64,000 nucleotides of DNA. It comes from an uncultured Nitrospinota bacterium. Its GTDB lineage: Bacteria > Tectomicrobia > Entotheonellia > J063 > CAVPRW01. Made by a program: the position numbers and the translations under genes. The DNA lies in the NCBI GenBank assembly GCA_963707985.1, contig CAVPRW010000017.1, positions 160,001 to 224,000 of the forward strand. The letters run 5' to 3'. Positions 1-11,508 of the stretch are shown piece by piece. Positions within the stretch are counted from its first letter, which is position 1, and each line of letters starts with the position of its first letter. Under the pieces are notes generated by a model. The model was not told where the DNA came from, made no database searches, and saw only the letters and a program-made list of their open reading frames with translations.

Positions 1-1
1 C

Positions 2-112
2 TTTGCCGTGGTGCAGGCCCTGGTTTCCCTGGGGTCATTTCTGTACATTGTCGGCCTGCTGCTTACCGACATCAGTTATACCCTGGTCGACCCACGGGTG
101 CACTTGGAGTGA
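2..112 (+). CDS. 3' end of peptide/nickel ABC permease (DppB/OppB-like), partial at window edge
   Basis: My translation of frame 2: FAVVQALVSLGSFLYIVGLLLTDISYTLVDPRVHLE*, the typical D-x-x-Y-x-x-x-DPR permease C-terminus. Confidence 0.8.
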   Translation, partial: FAVVQALVSLGSFLYIVGLLLTDISYTLVDPRVHLE

Positions 113-117
113 CGATC

Positions 118-1497
118 ATGCATGGGTGGGGTGTACAGCCGGTGGTGCTGTGGAGCGACCTCCTCATCTACACGCTGTTTGGCGTGGGGACCCTGTGGTT
201 GACGTTGGCACTGCGGCGGGAGTACTGGCGTGTGGCGCTGCGTCAAATCGCCACCCAGCGTGTGGCCATGCTGAGCTTGGTCATTCTCTGCCTCTACGGG
301 GCTGTGGGCTTCCTGGACACACTGCATTTCCGCGTGAGCCTATCTCCCGGTCCCAACATGGGACGTATCCAGAGCGTCCTCGATCTGATCTGCACCTCTC
401 TCATCGTGCGCACGGAGAAGACGTATTCTGCTCCTTTCGCGACACACCTCTATACCAAGGAGACGATGCTGACGCCTGATGGTCGCCAGATCCGTGACTA
501 CCCGCGCTTGCAGTACGCGGGGCTCCACCTGGGTGAGAGCCCCGCACGATGGGCGGACATCAGGGAGCGTCTCGCGACCGGACTGGGGTGGGGGCTCGGA
601 ATCGGCACTGGCTTGCTCCTCGGGCTTCTAGGTCTGCGGGCCTTGTGGTGGGGGCGCACCTCTCCCGCCGAGGCCGCCAAGCAGGCGCGGTGGATAGGAG
701 GCGGCCTGTGGACCGTGGGGTTGTTGACGGCGTTGGCTGTGCTGGTAGCGGAACTGGTCGTCCTCAATGGCGGCTATCACGTGCTCGGAACCGACAAGGC
801 CGGGCAGGACGTGCTCTATTTGGCGCTCAAGAGCATTCGGACGGGCTTGATTATCGGCACCCTGACGACGCTCATCGTGACGCCGTTTGCCCTCTTGTTC
901 GGCGTGCTGGCCGGCTATTTTGGCGGGTGGGTGGACGACGTGGTGCAATACGTCTACACCACCATCTCGTCTATCCCTGATATCCTGCTGATTGCCGCGG
1001 CCATGCTGATGTTGCAAGTCGGTCTGACGGCCCGGGACACCACACTGTCTGCCGATGAGCGGCTGGTCTATCTCTGCATCATCATGGGCATCACGTCCTG
1101 GACAGAGCTTTGTCGGCTTCTGAGGGCAGAGGTGCTGAAGTTACGTGAAATCGAGTATGTCCAGGCCGCGGATGCATTCGGCGTCGCCCGCCCCACCATC
1201 ATGCTGCGACATCTGGTGCCCAACGTCATGCACATTGTGCTGATCTCCGTCATCTTGCGTTTTAGTGGGCTCGTCCTCGCCGAGGCAGTGCTCGCTTACG
1301 TGGGTATTGGTGTGGATCCCTCCATGCAATCTTGGGGCAACATGATCAACCAGGCGCGACTGGAGCTCGCACGTGACCCTATCGTCTGGTGGAATCTCTG
1401 TGCCGCCCTGGTCTTCACGCTTGGCCTGGTGCTGCCGGCAAACGTGTTTGGAGACGCCGTCCGGGATGCCCTGGACCCACGATTAAGGATGCGGTGA
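118..1497 (+). CDS. Peptide ABC transporter permease (DppC/OppC-like, extended N-terminus)
   Basis: HVLGTDKAGQD, EAA-loop EYVQAADAFG, HLVPN, GDAVRDALDPR; many TM segments. Confidence 0.9.
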   Translation: MHGWGVQPVVLWSDLLIYTLFGVGTLWLTLALRREYWRVALRQIATQRVAMLSLVILCLYGAVGFLDTLHFRVSLSPGPNMGRIQSVLDLICTSLIVRTEKTYSAPFATHLYTKETMLTPDGRQIRDYPRLQYAGLHLGESPARWADIRERLATGLGWGLGIGTGLLLGLLGLRALWWGRTSPAEAAKQARWIGGGLWTVGLLTALAVLVAELVVLNGGYHVLGTDKAGQDVLYLALKSIRTGLIIGTLTTLIVTPFALLFGVLAGYFGGWVDDVVQYVYTTISSIPDILLIAAAMLMLQVGLTARDTTLSADERLVYLCIIMGITSWTELCRLLRAEVLKLREIEYVQAADAFGVARPTIMLRHLVPNVMHIVLISVILRFSGLVLAEAVLAYVGIGVDPSMQSWGNMINQARLELARDPIVWWNLCAALVFTLGLVLPANVFGDAVRDALDPRLRMR

Positions 1498-1501
1498 ACG
1501 C

Positions 1502-3540
1502 ATGCTGCTGCAAGTGCGCGATCTCAAGACCTACTTCCACACTGAAACCGGCCCTGCTCGCGCTGTCGATGGTGTGTCGTTCGACATTGAGGCGGGGGAG
1601 ACGTTCTGCCTGGTGGGCGAGTCAGGGTGTGGGAAGAGTCTGACCGCCCTGTCGATCATGCAACTCGTGCCACAGCCAGCGGGGTATTATGCGGGGGGCG
1701 CTCTGGTGTATAAGGGGCGCGATCTCATGCGACTCCCAGAGACTGAAAAACGCCGGCTACGTGGCCGAGAGATCGCCATGATCTTTCAGGAGCCGATGAC
1801 TTCGCTCAATCCTGTGCTCACGGTCGGCTATCAGCTCATGGAGCCTCTGCGCCATCACCAGCGTCTGTCCGAATCCGCCGCACGTGCCAAGGCGCTGGAC
1901 CTGCTGGCCCAGGTGTACATCCCCGATCCCGAACAGCGGTTCGCGGCATATCCACACCAATTATCCGGTGGGATGAAGCAGCGGGTGATGATTGCCATGG
2001 CTCTTGCCTGTGAACCAGGGCTGCTTGATTGCGGACGAACCGACCACGGCGGTCGATGTCACGGTGCAGGCTGAAATTCTTGCCTTAATGAAAACCCTCC
2101 AGGTGCACAAAGGTACGGCCATTTTGCTCATTACACATGACCTCGGCATTGTTGCCGAGGTGGCCGACCGGGTGGCCGTCATGTATGCTGGCCGCATCGT
2201 CGAATTAGCCTGCCGCGACGACCTCCTCCACAACCCCGCCCACCCGTACACTATCAAGCTGATGCAGTCTCTCCCGTCCCGCACCCGACGCGACCAGGCC
2301 TTGCATACCATCGAGGGGCGCGTCCCACCCGCTCATGCACTGCCCCCAGGGTGCCGTTTTGCACCACGCTGTCACATGGTGCAGGCAGCTTGCTGGCAGG
2401 TCGATCCGAAACTCATACCCATCGACACCAATCATACCGCGGCCTGTATTCTCTATGATGCCGACCGCCAGGGGCGATCCTCTACTCCGGCGCAGGTTCG
2501 CGTCCCGCCCATGCCACGCCCGCGTCCACCCGGGCACGTGACGGTCACTTCCCTGCTCCAACTTGTAGGTGTACAGGTGTACTTCCCGATCCGACACGGT
2601 ATGCTGCAGCGTGTCAGTGGGTACGTTAAGGCCGTGGATGGAGTTGATCTGGACATACGTCGTGGGCAAACGCTGGCTCTTGTGGGCGAATCAGGATGTG
2701 GCAAGACGACACTGGGGAAAGCACTACTCCAACTGATCCGGCCGACCGCTGGGCGTGTTCTGTTGGAGGGCTATGACCTTACCGTACTTTCGCGCCGCGC
2801 TTTGCACCCCTATCGCCGCCGGCTGCAAATTATCTTCCAGGATCCTTTCGCAGCGCTGGACCCGCGCATGATGGTCGGGGAGATCGTGATGGAGGGCATG
2901 GCCGCGCACGGCATTGGTGCAAGCCGTCAGGAACGCGAGGAGCGTGTCAAAACGATTCTTATCCAGGTGGGGCTCGATCCCGCGATGATACACCGCTATC
3001 CGCACGAGTTCTCGGGTGGACAGCGGCAACGCATCGGTATTGCACGATGCCTCGCCGTCGAGCCCGATTTCCTCGTCTGTGACGAGGCCACCAGCGCCCT
3101 TGACGTCTCCGTACAGGCACAGATCCTCAACCTCCTGGCCCAACTCCAGGCCGACCTGGGGCTGACGTATCTGTTCATCACCCACAATCTGGGGGTTGTC
3201 GAGTACCTGGCGGACGAGATCGCCGTGATGTATCTTGGGCGTATTGTCGAGCGTGGCACGACCCAGGAGGTGTTCGATCGCCCCAGTCATCCCTACACAC
3301 AGGCGTTGCTCGCTGCCGTGCCCAAGCTAGACCCCGACACGGGCATGGAAAAGATCCGCCTCGCCGGAGATGTCCCTTCTCCGATCACGACCACCCAGCG
3401 GTTGTCATTTCCATCCACGCTGTCCCCATGCCATGCCTCAGTGCCGAGTGCAATACCCACCAGCGTATCGACGCTCCGCATCGCATACGGTCAATTGCTT
3501 TCTTTACGAGGCCGTCGACGCGCCTGAAGAGATCGCCTAG
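1502..3540 (+). CDS. Fused two-domain peptide ABC ATPase (DppD/DppF-like), two apparent frameshifts (~2025, ~3390)
   Basis: Two GESGCGK Walker A motifs, LSGGMKQR and FSGGQRQR signatures, oligopeptide-ATPase Cys tails; the shifted frame ends GCHFHPRC...[16 protein letters not shown] at 3540. Confidence 0.85.
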
Positions 3541-3904
3541 TCAGCGCAACTATCTGCTCAAATCTTCGACGTCGCGGCACCATGAGATTCGTACATTCGG
3601 TCACTCCGACAGAGTGGCTGTTCTGCTCGATCGCACCGACACAATAGCTCATACGACAAGGTGCTGAGGTAACTCGGCCACACATTTCCACGCAGTGGAC
3701 TGGACAGCCCAGCACGACTCCGCTATGCTCATTGAAGTAGGGCTTGATACGCAGCTGGCAGCACGTTTTTGCCACGCACAACAGCTGCGTGATCGTGAGC
3801 GCGGCGCCAAGAGGGCGAGGGATACCGATTACCTTGGAGCCCTCGGGTTGATGTAGGCACACGTCGCCGAGGAGACCTCGTGTGAAGGTGGAGGGTCCAC
3901 CAGC

Positions 3905-5221
3905 ATGAGACAGATGCACCTGTGCGGCTTCCTTATCGCCGGGCCGGTCAGCCACAGCCACGCTATCTGGCGGAACCCTGCGCACGATGTCGAATTCCTC
4001 GACCTCGACTTCTACCTGGGCATCGCCAGGACGCTTGAACGCGGGAAGTTCGACTTCGTCTTCTTCGCCGACCGACTCGGGGTCTCGGACCGCTACGGCC
4101 TGGACCTCGAGGTCGGCATCAGATTCGGCGATCAGGACGCGACGCGCCTCGATCCGGTGCCGATCCTGGGAGCGATGGCGGCGGTGACGCGCCATCTGGG
4201 GCTCGGAGCCACACGGTCCACGACCTACGATCAGCCATATCATGTGGCGCGTGAGTTTGCTACGCTCGATCACCTCTCGGGTGGACGGGCCGCTTGGAAT
4301 GTGGTCACGTCTATGCATGACGGAGAAGCGCTGAACTTTGGGATTGAAGCACACCTCGACCACGATCAGCGGTATGACCGCGCCGACGAGTTCGTTGAGC
4401 TGACTTACAAGCTCTGGAGCAGCTGGGACGGTGACGCCCTCATACTCGATAAGGCACGCGGCATTTACGCCGATCCGAACAGGGTCCACTATGTCAACCA
4501 TGAAGGCCGCTGGTTTCGCTCGCGTGGTCCGCTCAACATCCCCACCACGCCCCAGGCACGCCCGGTTGTCATCCAGGCCGGATCGTCAGGCCGTGGCAAA
4601 GCGTTTGCAGCGCGCTGGGCCGACGTGATCTTCACGATTCAGCACACGCCGGAGCAGATGAAGCGCTTTTACGACGACGTGCACGGTCAACTTCCCGATG
4701 TCGGCCGTCGTCCCGAAGACTGTAAGATTCTGACGGCAATCATGCCGTTCGTTGGCGCGACACGCGCCGAGGCGGAACGCAAGCGCGACGAGCACAATGC
4801 CTTGATTCATCCGCTCGTCGGCCTCGCCACCCTGTCGAGTCATAGCAATATCGACTTCTCAACGCACAACCCCGAAGAGCCCATTGCACACGTGCAATCC
4901 AGCGGGACGCAAGGGCTCTTTGCCTCCGTGTTGCGCCTGACACACGAGCAGGGGCTGACGCTGGCGGATATCGGCATGCTGTACGGTCGCGGAGTCCTTG
5001 TCCCGCAAATCGCCGGAACAGCCGCCGAGATCGCCGACTATATGCAGGCGATCGTTGCGGCGGAGGCCAGTGACGGCTTCGTCATCTCACCGGCGTTTCT
5101 GCCTGATTCGTTCGAAGAGTTCGTCGATCAGGTCGTCCCGGAATTGCAGCGGCGCGACATCTTTCGCAAGGAGTACAGCGGCCGCCGTCTGCGGGATCAC
5201 CTCGCGTTAGCGACCCCTTAG
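3905..5221 (+). CDS. LLM-class flavin-dependent monooxygenase, NtaA/DmoA family
   Basis: FDFVFFAD, ARxFATLDHLSGGRAAWNVVTS, QAGSSGRG, VVPELQRR motifs. Confidence 0.9.
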   Translation: MRQMHLCGFLIAGPVSHSHAIWRNPAHDVEFLDLDFYLGIARTLERGKFDFVFFADRLGVSDRYGLDLEVGIRFGDQDATRLDPVPILGAMAAVTRHLGLGATRSTTYDQPYHVAREFATLDHLSGGRAAWNVVTSMHDGEALNFGIEAHLDHDQRYDRADEFVELTYKLWSSWDGDALILDKARGIYADPNRVHYVNHEGRWFRSRGPLNIPTTPQARPVVIQAGSSGRGKAFAARWADVIFTIQHTPEQMKRFYDDVHGQLPDVGRRPEDCKILTAIMPFVGATRAEAERKRDEHNALIHPLVGLATLSSHSNIDFSTHNPEEPIAHVQSSGTQGLFASVLRLTHEQGLTLADIGMLYGRGVLVPQIAGTAAEIADYMQAIVAAEASDGFVISPAFLPDSFEEFVDQVVPELQRRDIFRKEYSGRRLRDHLALATP

Positions 5222-5254
5222 GGTGGACTGGACGAGGGATTGGAGCGAGGAGAC

Positions 5255-6115
5255 ATGCTAACCCTACTGCATATCTCTGACCTGCACTTCGGGCCTTTGT
5301 ATGTTCCCACTGTCGGGGACGCCCTGATCGAGGCGGCGCATCGGCTCCGCCCGGCTGTTATTGTGGCCAGCGGCGATTTTACGCAGAGGGCGAAGCCGGA
5401 AGAGTTTCTCGCCGCACGCCAGTACCTCGACCGCTTACCCCCGGCTACCCAGGTGCTGGTTCCCGGGAACCATGATGTGCCCCTGTTTCGAATGTTTGAT
5501 CGCCTGGTGGCCCCTTATGCCCTGTTTCGCGAGCACCTCACCGAGAGGCTCGACGCCATCGTCTCACGCCCCGATGCCGTGATCGTGGCCCTGAATTCGA
5601 CGTCGCCGACGCGCGCCCTCACCAACGGACGCATCCGCCGCCGGCAGCTCGACCTGTGTGCTGAGGCCTTCGCCGCTGCCCCGAAGGGCTCTGTTCGCAT
5701 GGTCGTCACACACCATCATTGGGCGCCGGTGCCTGACTATGGAAAAAGCGAAGTCATGCCTGGGGCGAAACAGGCGCTGGATACCTTGACAGGTCTAGGC
5801 GTCGATCTAATCTTAACTGGGCACCTGCATCGTGCCTCTATCATCAATTCTCTCGACGTGTATGCCGGTCAGGACCGCAATCACGGCATCCTCATCGTCC
5901 AGTGCGGCACATCGACGTCACGGCGCGGGCGCGCCCGCGAGCGCGAAAAAAACTCCTTCAACTGGATCCAGATCACCGACCGCAACATCCGCATCACCCA
6001 CTACATGTACTTCGCGGAGGCCGGCGGTTTTGCGCCGATAAGTCGTCATCTGTTCCCACGGGCCCGCCAGCCATACTTCCAGAAGCCCCTAACGTCCCTA
6101 GCGTCGTCAAGCTAA
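5255..6115 (+). CDS. Calcineurin-like metallophosphoesterase (CpdA-like)
   Basis: HISDLHFG, SGDFT, PGNHD, THH, GHLH motifs; GAGGAG RBS before ATG 5255. Confidence 0.88.
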   Translation: MLTLLHISDLHFGPLYVPTVGDALIEAAHRLRPAVIVASGDFTQRAKPEEFLAARQYLDRLPPATQVLVPGNHDVPLFRMFDRLVAPYALFREHLTERLDAIVSRPDAVIVALNSTSPTRALTNGRIRRRQLDLCAEAFAAAPKGSVRMVVTHHHWAPVPDYGKSEVMPGAKQALDTLTGLGVDLILTGHLHRASIINSLDVYAGQDRNHGILIVQCGTSTSRRGRAREREKNSFNWIQITDRNIRITHYMYFAEAGGFAPISRHLFPRARQPYFQKPLTSLASSS

Positions 6116-6308
6116 GGCCTGCACACCGTGGATTTTCCTCTCGTGACATCGTCCTCCACCCGGCCCTCCCTCTCTTCGGATGACGGTCATGCAAGCACAG
6201 GAGTTCCGCAATTCGGAAGATGATTGATCTGAGTGACGATCCCAGGAGTCATGCTCACAGGCTCGACCAAGAGGACCGCCTTCATTGCACCCCTTCCCGA
6301 GGGGAGAC

Positions 6309-6909
6309 TCATGCCGGTGAGACCGCGGTTAGCCGGGTGTAATCCGCCCAGGTGTTCACATCGCCGGGGTAGGGCTGGTCGACCTCGACCTCGTGCACCC
6401 ACTCGGGATGGGCATCACAGAGCTTCCAGACGCCTTTGTCCCCGTGAAGTGCTTTGAGTTCTCCGAACAACGCCTTGGCAAAGAGCATCGGATGCCCTGA
6501 GCGACCACGATACGAGACACGCACGATTGGCCGCTGTGTGTGTCGCCACCCCTCGACGACAGCGGCGATGGTCTTGGACTCGATCCCCGGTTGATCTCCC
6601 AAAATCAGGACTACCGCTGCTGATTGCGGGTGCAACGCTTCCAGGCCAGCACGGATGGAAGAGGTACAACCCTCATGAAAATCAGGTGCCTCCACAAACC
6701 TCGCGCGTTGCAGAGCCACGTGGCGACGAATCGCTGTCCGCCTCATGGCCCACGACGACAACCACTTCATCGAGAATGGAGTCCTCTGCACGCCGCACCA
6801 CCCAGCCGAGCATGGTCGTATCCTGCCACGGGAGCAGCTGTTTCGTTTGCTCTGCCAGACGACTCGAGGTTCCTGCCGCGAGCACTAAACCCGACACCAC
6901 ACCGCTCAT
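6309..6909 (-). CDS. MocA/MobA-like molybdenum cofactor nucleotidyltransferase, frameshift ~6730
   Basis: LVLAAGTSSRL...KQLL in ORF 6682-6909 continues into SSIRAGL, LGDQP, GHPMLF, GDKG, DVNTWADY in ORF 6309-6791; adjacent to coxL. Confidence 0.85.
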
Positions 6910-7085
6910 ACCCGCACCTCCTGCGCCAGGTATTTTCCGGGGTCCTTCTCAAAGCTCGTTTTGCACAAGGCCTTACAGCAAATAATAGGTCAGACCTGCG
7001 AAAGTCGGCACGATGCCGAGCCGTCTGAGGATCGACGGTGCCGGTAATCATCCCTTTGACCCCTCCTCCGGTCGCTTGCAGTGAA

Positions 7086-9452
7086 CTAATCTGTCACACC
7101 TCCATCCCGCAGAAGCTTCCACACCTTAGCCGGGGTGATCGGAATGTCGATGTGACGGACCCCTAAATGCCACAGGGCATCCACGACGGCATTGGCGATT
7201 GCTGCCGGCGCCCCCACGGTCGCCGACTCCCCTACCCCCTTGGCACCGAGCGGGTGATGGGGCGAGGGGGTGCAGGTCTTGTCAGTTTCCCATTTGGGGG
7301 TCTCCACGGCTGTGGGTAGCAGATAATCGATGAAACTTCCACCCAGGATGTTGCCGTACTCGTCGTAGGAGATCTCCTCGTACAGCGCCGGGGCCAGCCC
7401 CATCGTCAGCCCCCCATGGATCTGGCCTTCGACGATCATCGGATTGATGATGTTGCCGCAATCGTCAACGGCCACGAAGCGGCGAATCTTCACCTCCCCG
7501 GTTCCCGTATCGATGTCCACCACACAGATGTAGCTGCCAAATGGGTAGGTCAGGTTCGGTGGGTCATAGTAGCTGACCGCCTCCAGACCCGCTTCAAGGC
7601 CCGGCGGGTGGTTGGTGTAGGCTGCAAAGGCGATCTCCTGAATCGTCTTGGCTTTGTCAGGCGTGCCGCGCACGAAGAATTTACCCGGCTCCCATTCCAG
7701 ATCCGCTTCGTTGGCCTCCAGGAGGTAGGCCGCGATCTTCTTGGCCTTATCCCGAATCTTCCGCGACGCTACCGATCCGGCAGCGCCCGCGGTGGGGGTG
7801 GAGCGGCTGGCATAGGTGCCCAGACCATAGGGAGCGGTGTCCGTGTCGCCCTCTTCCACCTGGATATCGGCGACTGGGATGCCTAATTCTTCAGCGATGA
7901 TCTGGGCATAGGTCGTCTCATGGCCCTGTCCCTGGGACTTGGTGCCGAAGCGAGCCATCACCTTGCCGGTCGGATGGATGCGTATCTCCGCGGAGTCGAA
8001 CATCTTCAGACCCAAAATGTCAAAATGCTTCGACGGACCAGCCCCGACGATTTCGGTGAAGCTGGAGATGCCGATCCCCATCAACTCACCGCGCTGGCGT
8101 TTCTCCACCTGTTCCTGTCGGAGCTCGGCATAGCCGATCTTGTCCATGGCCAAATGCAGGGCAGCCGCGTAGTTCCCGCTGTCATACTCCCAGCCCAAGA
8201 CAGACGTGTATGGGAACTGCTCAGCCTTGATAAAATTCTTCAGCCTGAGCTCGGCCGGATCGATCCCCAGCTGATGGGCCATGAGGTCCACCATACGCTC
8301 GATGGTGTGGACGGCCTCGGTCACACGAAAGGAACAGCGATAGGCAATGCCCCCCGGTGGCTTATTCGTATAGACGCCATCCACCTCGACATGAGCCGCC
8401 TTGAAGTCATAGGAGCCGGTGCAGATGTGAAACAGCCCAGCCGGAAACTTCGAGGGATTGGCCGCCGCATCGGTGTAGCCGTGGTCCGCAATGGTTTTGA
8501 TCCGGAGGGCGGTGAGCGTCCCATCCTTCGTCGCCGCCAGCTCTGCCGCGATATGGTAGTCACGGGCGAAGGAGTCCGCCTGCAGGTTTTCCATGCGGTC
8601 CTCGATCCACTTGACCGGCTTGCCCGTCAGCACCGAGGCGGCCACGGCGATGACATAGCCAGGGTAGACAGGCACCTTGCCCCCGAAGCCACCGCCGATG
8701 TCGGGAGAGATGATACGGATCTTGTGCTCCGCCAGGCCCACATGCCCGGCCACCAGGGCGAACACCGTACGGACCACATGGGGCGCCTGGGTGGTCATCC
8801 ACAGCGTTAGCTTGCCGTCCACCTTGTCGAAGTCGGCCACACAACCACAGGTCTCGATCGAGGACACGTGGATGCGTGGGATGTAAATGTCTTGCTGAAC
8901 CGTCACCTCGGCCTCTTGGAAAGCGCGATCCGTGGCAGCCCGATCGCCCCACTGCCAGTGCCAGATGTGGTTGTCCGTTTTGCCCGGTTTATCGGTGCGC
9001 AACACCGGAGCGCCGGGATCCAACGCCTTCATCGCATCCACCACGACGGGGAGCGGCTCGTAATCGACCTCCACCGCTTCGGCGCCGTCGGCAGCGATGT
9101 AGCGGTCAGTGGCGAGGACCGCGGCCACCTCCTGGGCCTGATACATCACTTTCTCGACTGGGAGCACCATCTGGGTGTCCGACATCAGCGTCGGCATCCA
9201 GTGCAGGTTGTACTGTGCCAAATCTTGGCCGGTAATGACGGCGAGGACGCCGGGAATCGCCAGGGCCTTGGAGGTATCGATCTTCTTGATCCTGGCGTGG
9301 GCGAATGGGCTACGAACGATGTCGAGATAGAGCATTCCTGGAAGCTGCAGATCATCGACGTAGGTGCCTTTGCCGCGGATAAAGCGGGGGTCTTCCTTGC
9401 GTCTGACCGAGTGACCCATCCCGCCGACTTCTGGGCTTGTTCGGGGCATCAC
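7086..9452 (-). CDS. coxL: Aerobic carbon monoxide dehydrogenase large subunit, form I
   Basis: Molybdopterin hydroxylase large subunit with the diagnostic active-site loop AYRCSFR, plus GGGFGGK and KGVGES. Confidence 0.95.
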   Translation of the reverse strand: MMPRTSPEVGGMGHSVRRKEDPRFIRGKGTYVDDLQLPGMLYLDIVRSPFAHARIKKIDTSKALAIPGVLAVITGQDLAQYNLHWMPTLMSDTQMVLPVEKVMYQAQEVAAVLATDRYIAADGAEAVEVDYEPLPVVVDAMKALDPGAPVLRTDKPGKTDNHIWHWQWGDRAATDRAFQEAEVTVQQDIYIPRIHVSSIETCGCVADFDKVDGKLTLWMTTQAPHVVRTVFALVAGHVGLAEHKIRIISPDIGGGFGGKVPVYPGYVIAVAASVLTGKPVKWIEDRMENLQADSFARDYHIAAELAATKDGTLTALRIKTIADHGYTDAAANPSKFPAGLFHICTGSYDFKAAHVEVDGVYTNKPPGGIAYRCSFRVTEAVHTIERMVDLMAHQLGIDPAELRLKNFIKAEQFPYTSVLGWEYDSGNYAAALHLAMDKIGYAELRQEQVEKRQRGELMGIGISSFTEIVGAGPSKHFDILGLKMFDSAEIRIHPTGKVMARFGTKSQGQGHETTYAQIIAEELGIPVADIQVEEGDTDTAPYGLGTYASRSTPTAGAAGSVASRKIRDKAKKIAAYLLEANEADLEWEPGKFFVRGTPDKAKTIQEIAFAAYTNHPPGLEAGLEAVSYYDPPNLTYPFGSYICVVDIDTGTGEVKIRRFVAVDDCGNIINPMIVEGQIHGGLTMGLAPALYEEISYDEYGNILGGSFIDYLLPTAVETPKWETDKTCTPSPHHPLGAKGVGESATVGAPAAIANAVVDALWHLGVRHIDIPITPAKVWKLLRDGGVTD

Positions 9453-9455
9453 CGT

Positions 9456-9938
9456 TCATTCCCCCTGCCGCAACTTCGCGGCGGCATATTGAATCGATTT
9501 GACGATGTTCATATACCCCGTGCAGCGACACAGATTGCCCGAAATCGCCACGCGGATCTCGTCCTCGCTAGGATGCGGATGATCTTTCAAAAAGGCCGTC
9601 GCGGTCATCATCATGCCGGGCGTGCAGAACCCACATTGCAGACCATGCTCCTGCCAGAACCCTTCCTGAATGGGATGGAGCGTGCCGTTCTGCTCCAGCC
9701 CTTCGACGGTGGTGATCTCCCGGCCATCGGCCTGGATGGCAAAGAGGCTACAGGACTTGATGGCTTTGCCGTCGAGGTGGACGGTGCAGGCTCCGCAGTG
9801 GCTGGTCTCGCATCCAATGTGGGTGCCGGTCAGGCGCAGGACTTCGCGCAAGCAGTGGACCAGGAGTAGCCTGGGCTCGACCACCAGCTCATGTTCCACG
9901 CCATTCACCTTGAGAGAAATCTTCTGACTCTCCATCAC
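9456..9938 (-). CDS. coxS: CO dehydrogenase small (2Fe-2S) subunit
   Basis: [11 protein letters not shown] and QCGFCTPG...NLCRCTGY motifs; lies between coxM and coxL. Confidence 0.95.
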   Translation of the reverse strand: MMESQKISLKVNGVEHELVVEPRLLLVHCLREVLRLTGTHIGCETSHCGACTVHLDGKAIKSCSLFAIQADGREITTVEGLEQNGTLHPIQEGFWQEHGLQCGFCTPGMMMTATAFLKDHPHPSEDEIRVAISGNLCRCTGYMNIVKSIQYAAAKLRQGE

Positions 9939-10813
9939 GATGCCCCTCGTCGAGCCTGCTCAAGTGCACGATTCAGCGCACGGACGGTGAGGACGCGGAC
10001 CAAGTCTCGCTTATACTCCACCGAACCGCGCAAATCCGTGCTCGGATCCGACGCCTCAGCGGCCAGTTGCGCCGCTCGCCTGACGACTTCCGGCTCTGGC
10101 CTTTGGCCACGCAGGAGCTCTTCGGCTTGAAGTGCCTCGATCGGTATCGAGCCCACATTGGTGAGGCCAATCCTCACCTGTTCGCAGACGTCATCTGCGC
10201 CTAGCGTCACCTGTGCCGCGACCCCGGCTGTGGCAAAGTCGCCAACCTTGCGTTCGAGTTTGACATACGCGCCACCGCTGCGTGGAGGTGGGATCGGAAT
10301 GCGAATTTCCGTAAGGATTTCGTCGGGGGCGAGGGCCGTGGCAAAAAACCCCGTAAAGAAGCTCGCGATGGGAATGCGACGTTCACCTGTAGGACCGGTG
10401 GCGACCACCTCTGCCGCGAGCGCCAGCATCGTGGCCGGATGGTCATTGGCCGGATCCGCGTGTGCCAGATTGCCGCCGACCGTGGCCCGGTTGCGTACCA
10501 GGGGATCACCAATGACCGCCGCCGTCTCCGCCAGGAAGGAGTATTTTGCCCGTACCAGGTCCGAGCCTTCGAGCTCAGCCTCACGGGTGAGGGCGCCGAT
10601 CCTGAGGAAACCATCGATCTCCTCGATCTCAGCCAGGCCGGCGATGCGGTTGATGTCGATGAGATGGAGGGGCGCAGCCAAACGCAAGCGCATGAGCGGA
10701 ATCAGGCTCATCCCCCCGGATAAGATCTTGGCCTCCGGCCCGAGCTGCTGTAACAGCCCAATCGCTTCTTCAGCCGTGGCTGGCGCATAATAGTCAAACG
10801 ATGGGGGAATCAT
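9935..10813 (-). CDS. coxM: CO dehydrogenase medium (FAD) subunit
   Basis: [27 protein letters not shown]; strong RBS before ATG 10813. Confidence 0.93.
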   Translation of the reverse strand: MIPPSFDYYAPATAEEAIGLLQQLGPEAKILSGGMSLIPLMRLRLAAPLHLIDINRIAGLAEIEEIDGFLRIGALTREAELEGSDLVRAKYSFLAETAAVIGDPLVRNRATVGGNLAHADPANDHPATMLALAAEVVATGPTGERRIPIASFFTGFFATALAPDEILTEIRIPIPPPRSGGAYVKLERKVGDFATAGVAAQVTLGADDVCEQVRIGLTNVGSIPIEALQAEELLRGQRPEPEVVRRAAQLAAEASDPSTDLRGSVEYKRDLVRVLTVRALNRALEQARRGAS

Positions 10814-10901
10814 ATATGACCTCCCTCCTCGATGACCCCGCATCAGTCCCTGCAGCGGCAGCGGATACCGAGGCGGTAACGGGCTTCGGTCGAGAACATT
10901 G

Positions 10902-10916
10902 GCACGAAGCGCGCCA
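10902..10916 (-). promoter_or_regulatory. Candidate sigma54 -24/-12 promoter for coxMSL
   Basis: Minus strand TGGCGCG-CTTC-GTGC (GG-N10-GC), about 90 bp upstream of coxM. Confidence 0.4.
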
Positions 10917-11263
10917 CCAGAACGACTAGCGAAAGGGAACGGAGTGCGTGATGGGTGGCGTCATCAGCGTCCTCCAGAGGCGTGACGCCAGCTGAAGACG
11001 CCTCCATATGCCCAGCAAGTCAGCAAGGTAGGTAAGGGCTGATTATATGAGGGGGAGGACAGGGATGTCAAGCCTGCCGATGTCCTGGTCGGGTGGTCTA
11101 GATCGATCGATAAGAATTCATGGATCCCGCGGAGATCAGCCATGCTGATACCATTCTCGACAACAACGTACACGCAATTGTTATCATACCCTTCTCGGAT
11201 GGCAAAGTCATAACTACCATTGCCAGTGCGCATTGCGATGGAGGAGCAGAGACTACCGCGATC

Positions 11264-11449
11264 GGGCCGGTTGGTGACCAAGGCCGTACGATCCCTGCTG
11301 AGGCCGGCAACGCTATGGATGCATGTGGTCTCAATGGCCTCGGCGAGGGTCATCGCCGGCAGGATGGTGGTGAGTCGCCGGGCCAGCATCGACTTGCCCC
11401 GCTCCAGGGGGGCCGAGCAAGAGGATGTTGTGGGCAGAACGCCTGCATC
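11264..11449 (-). pseudogene. comM: comM/yifB (Mg-chelatase-like AAA+) fragment, copy 1
   Basis: [33 protein letters not shown]...RTALVT; homologous to the copy at 29185-29514. Confidence 0.85.
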
Positions 11450-11508
11450 TCCTTCTCGGTAATTGCCGTTTCCGGCTCCACACAGTAGTAGGAGCGTATC
11501 ATCGTCCA

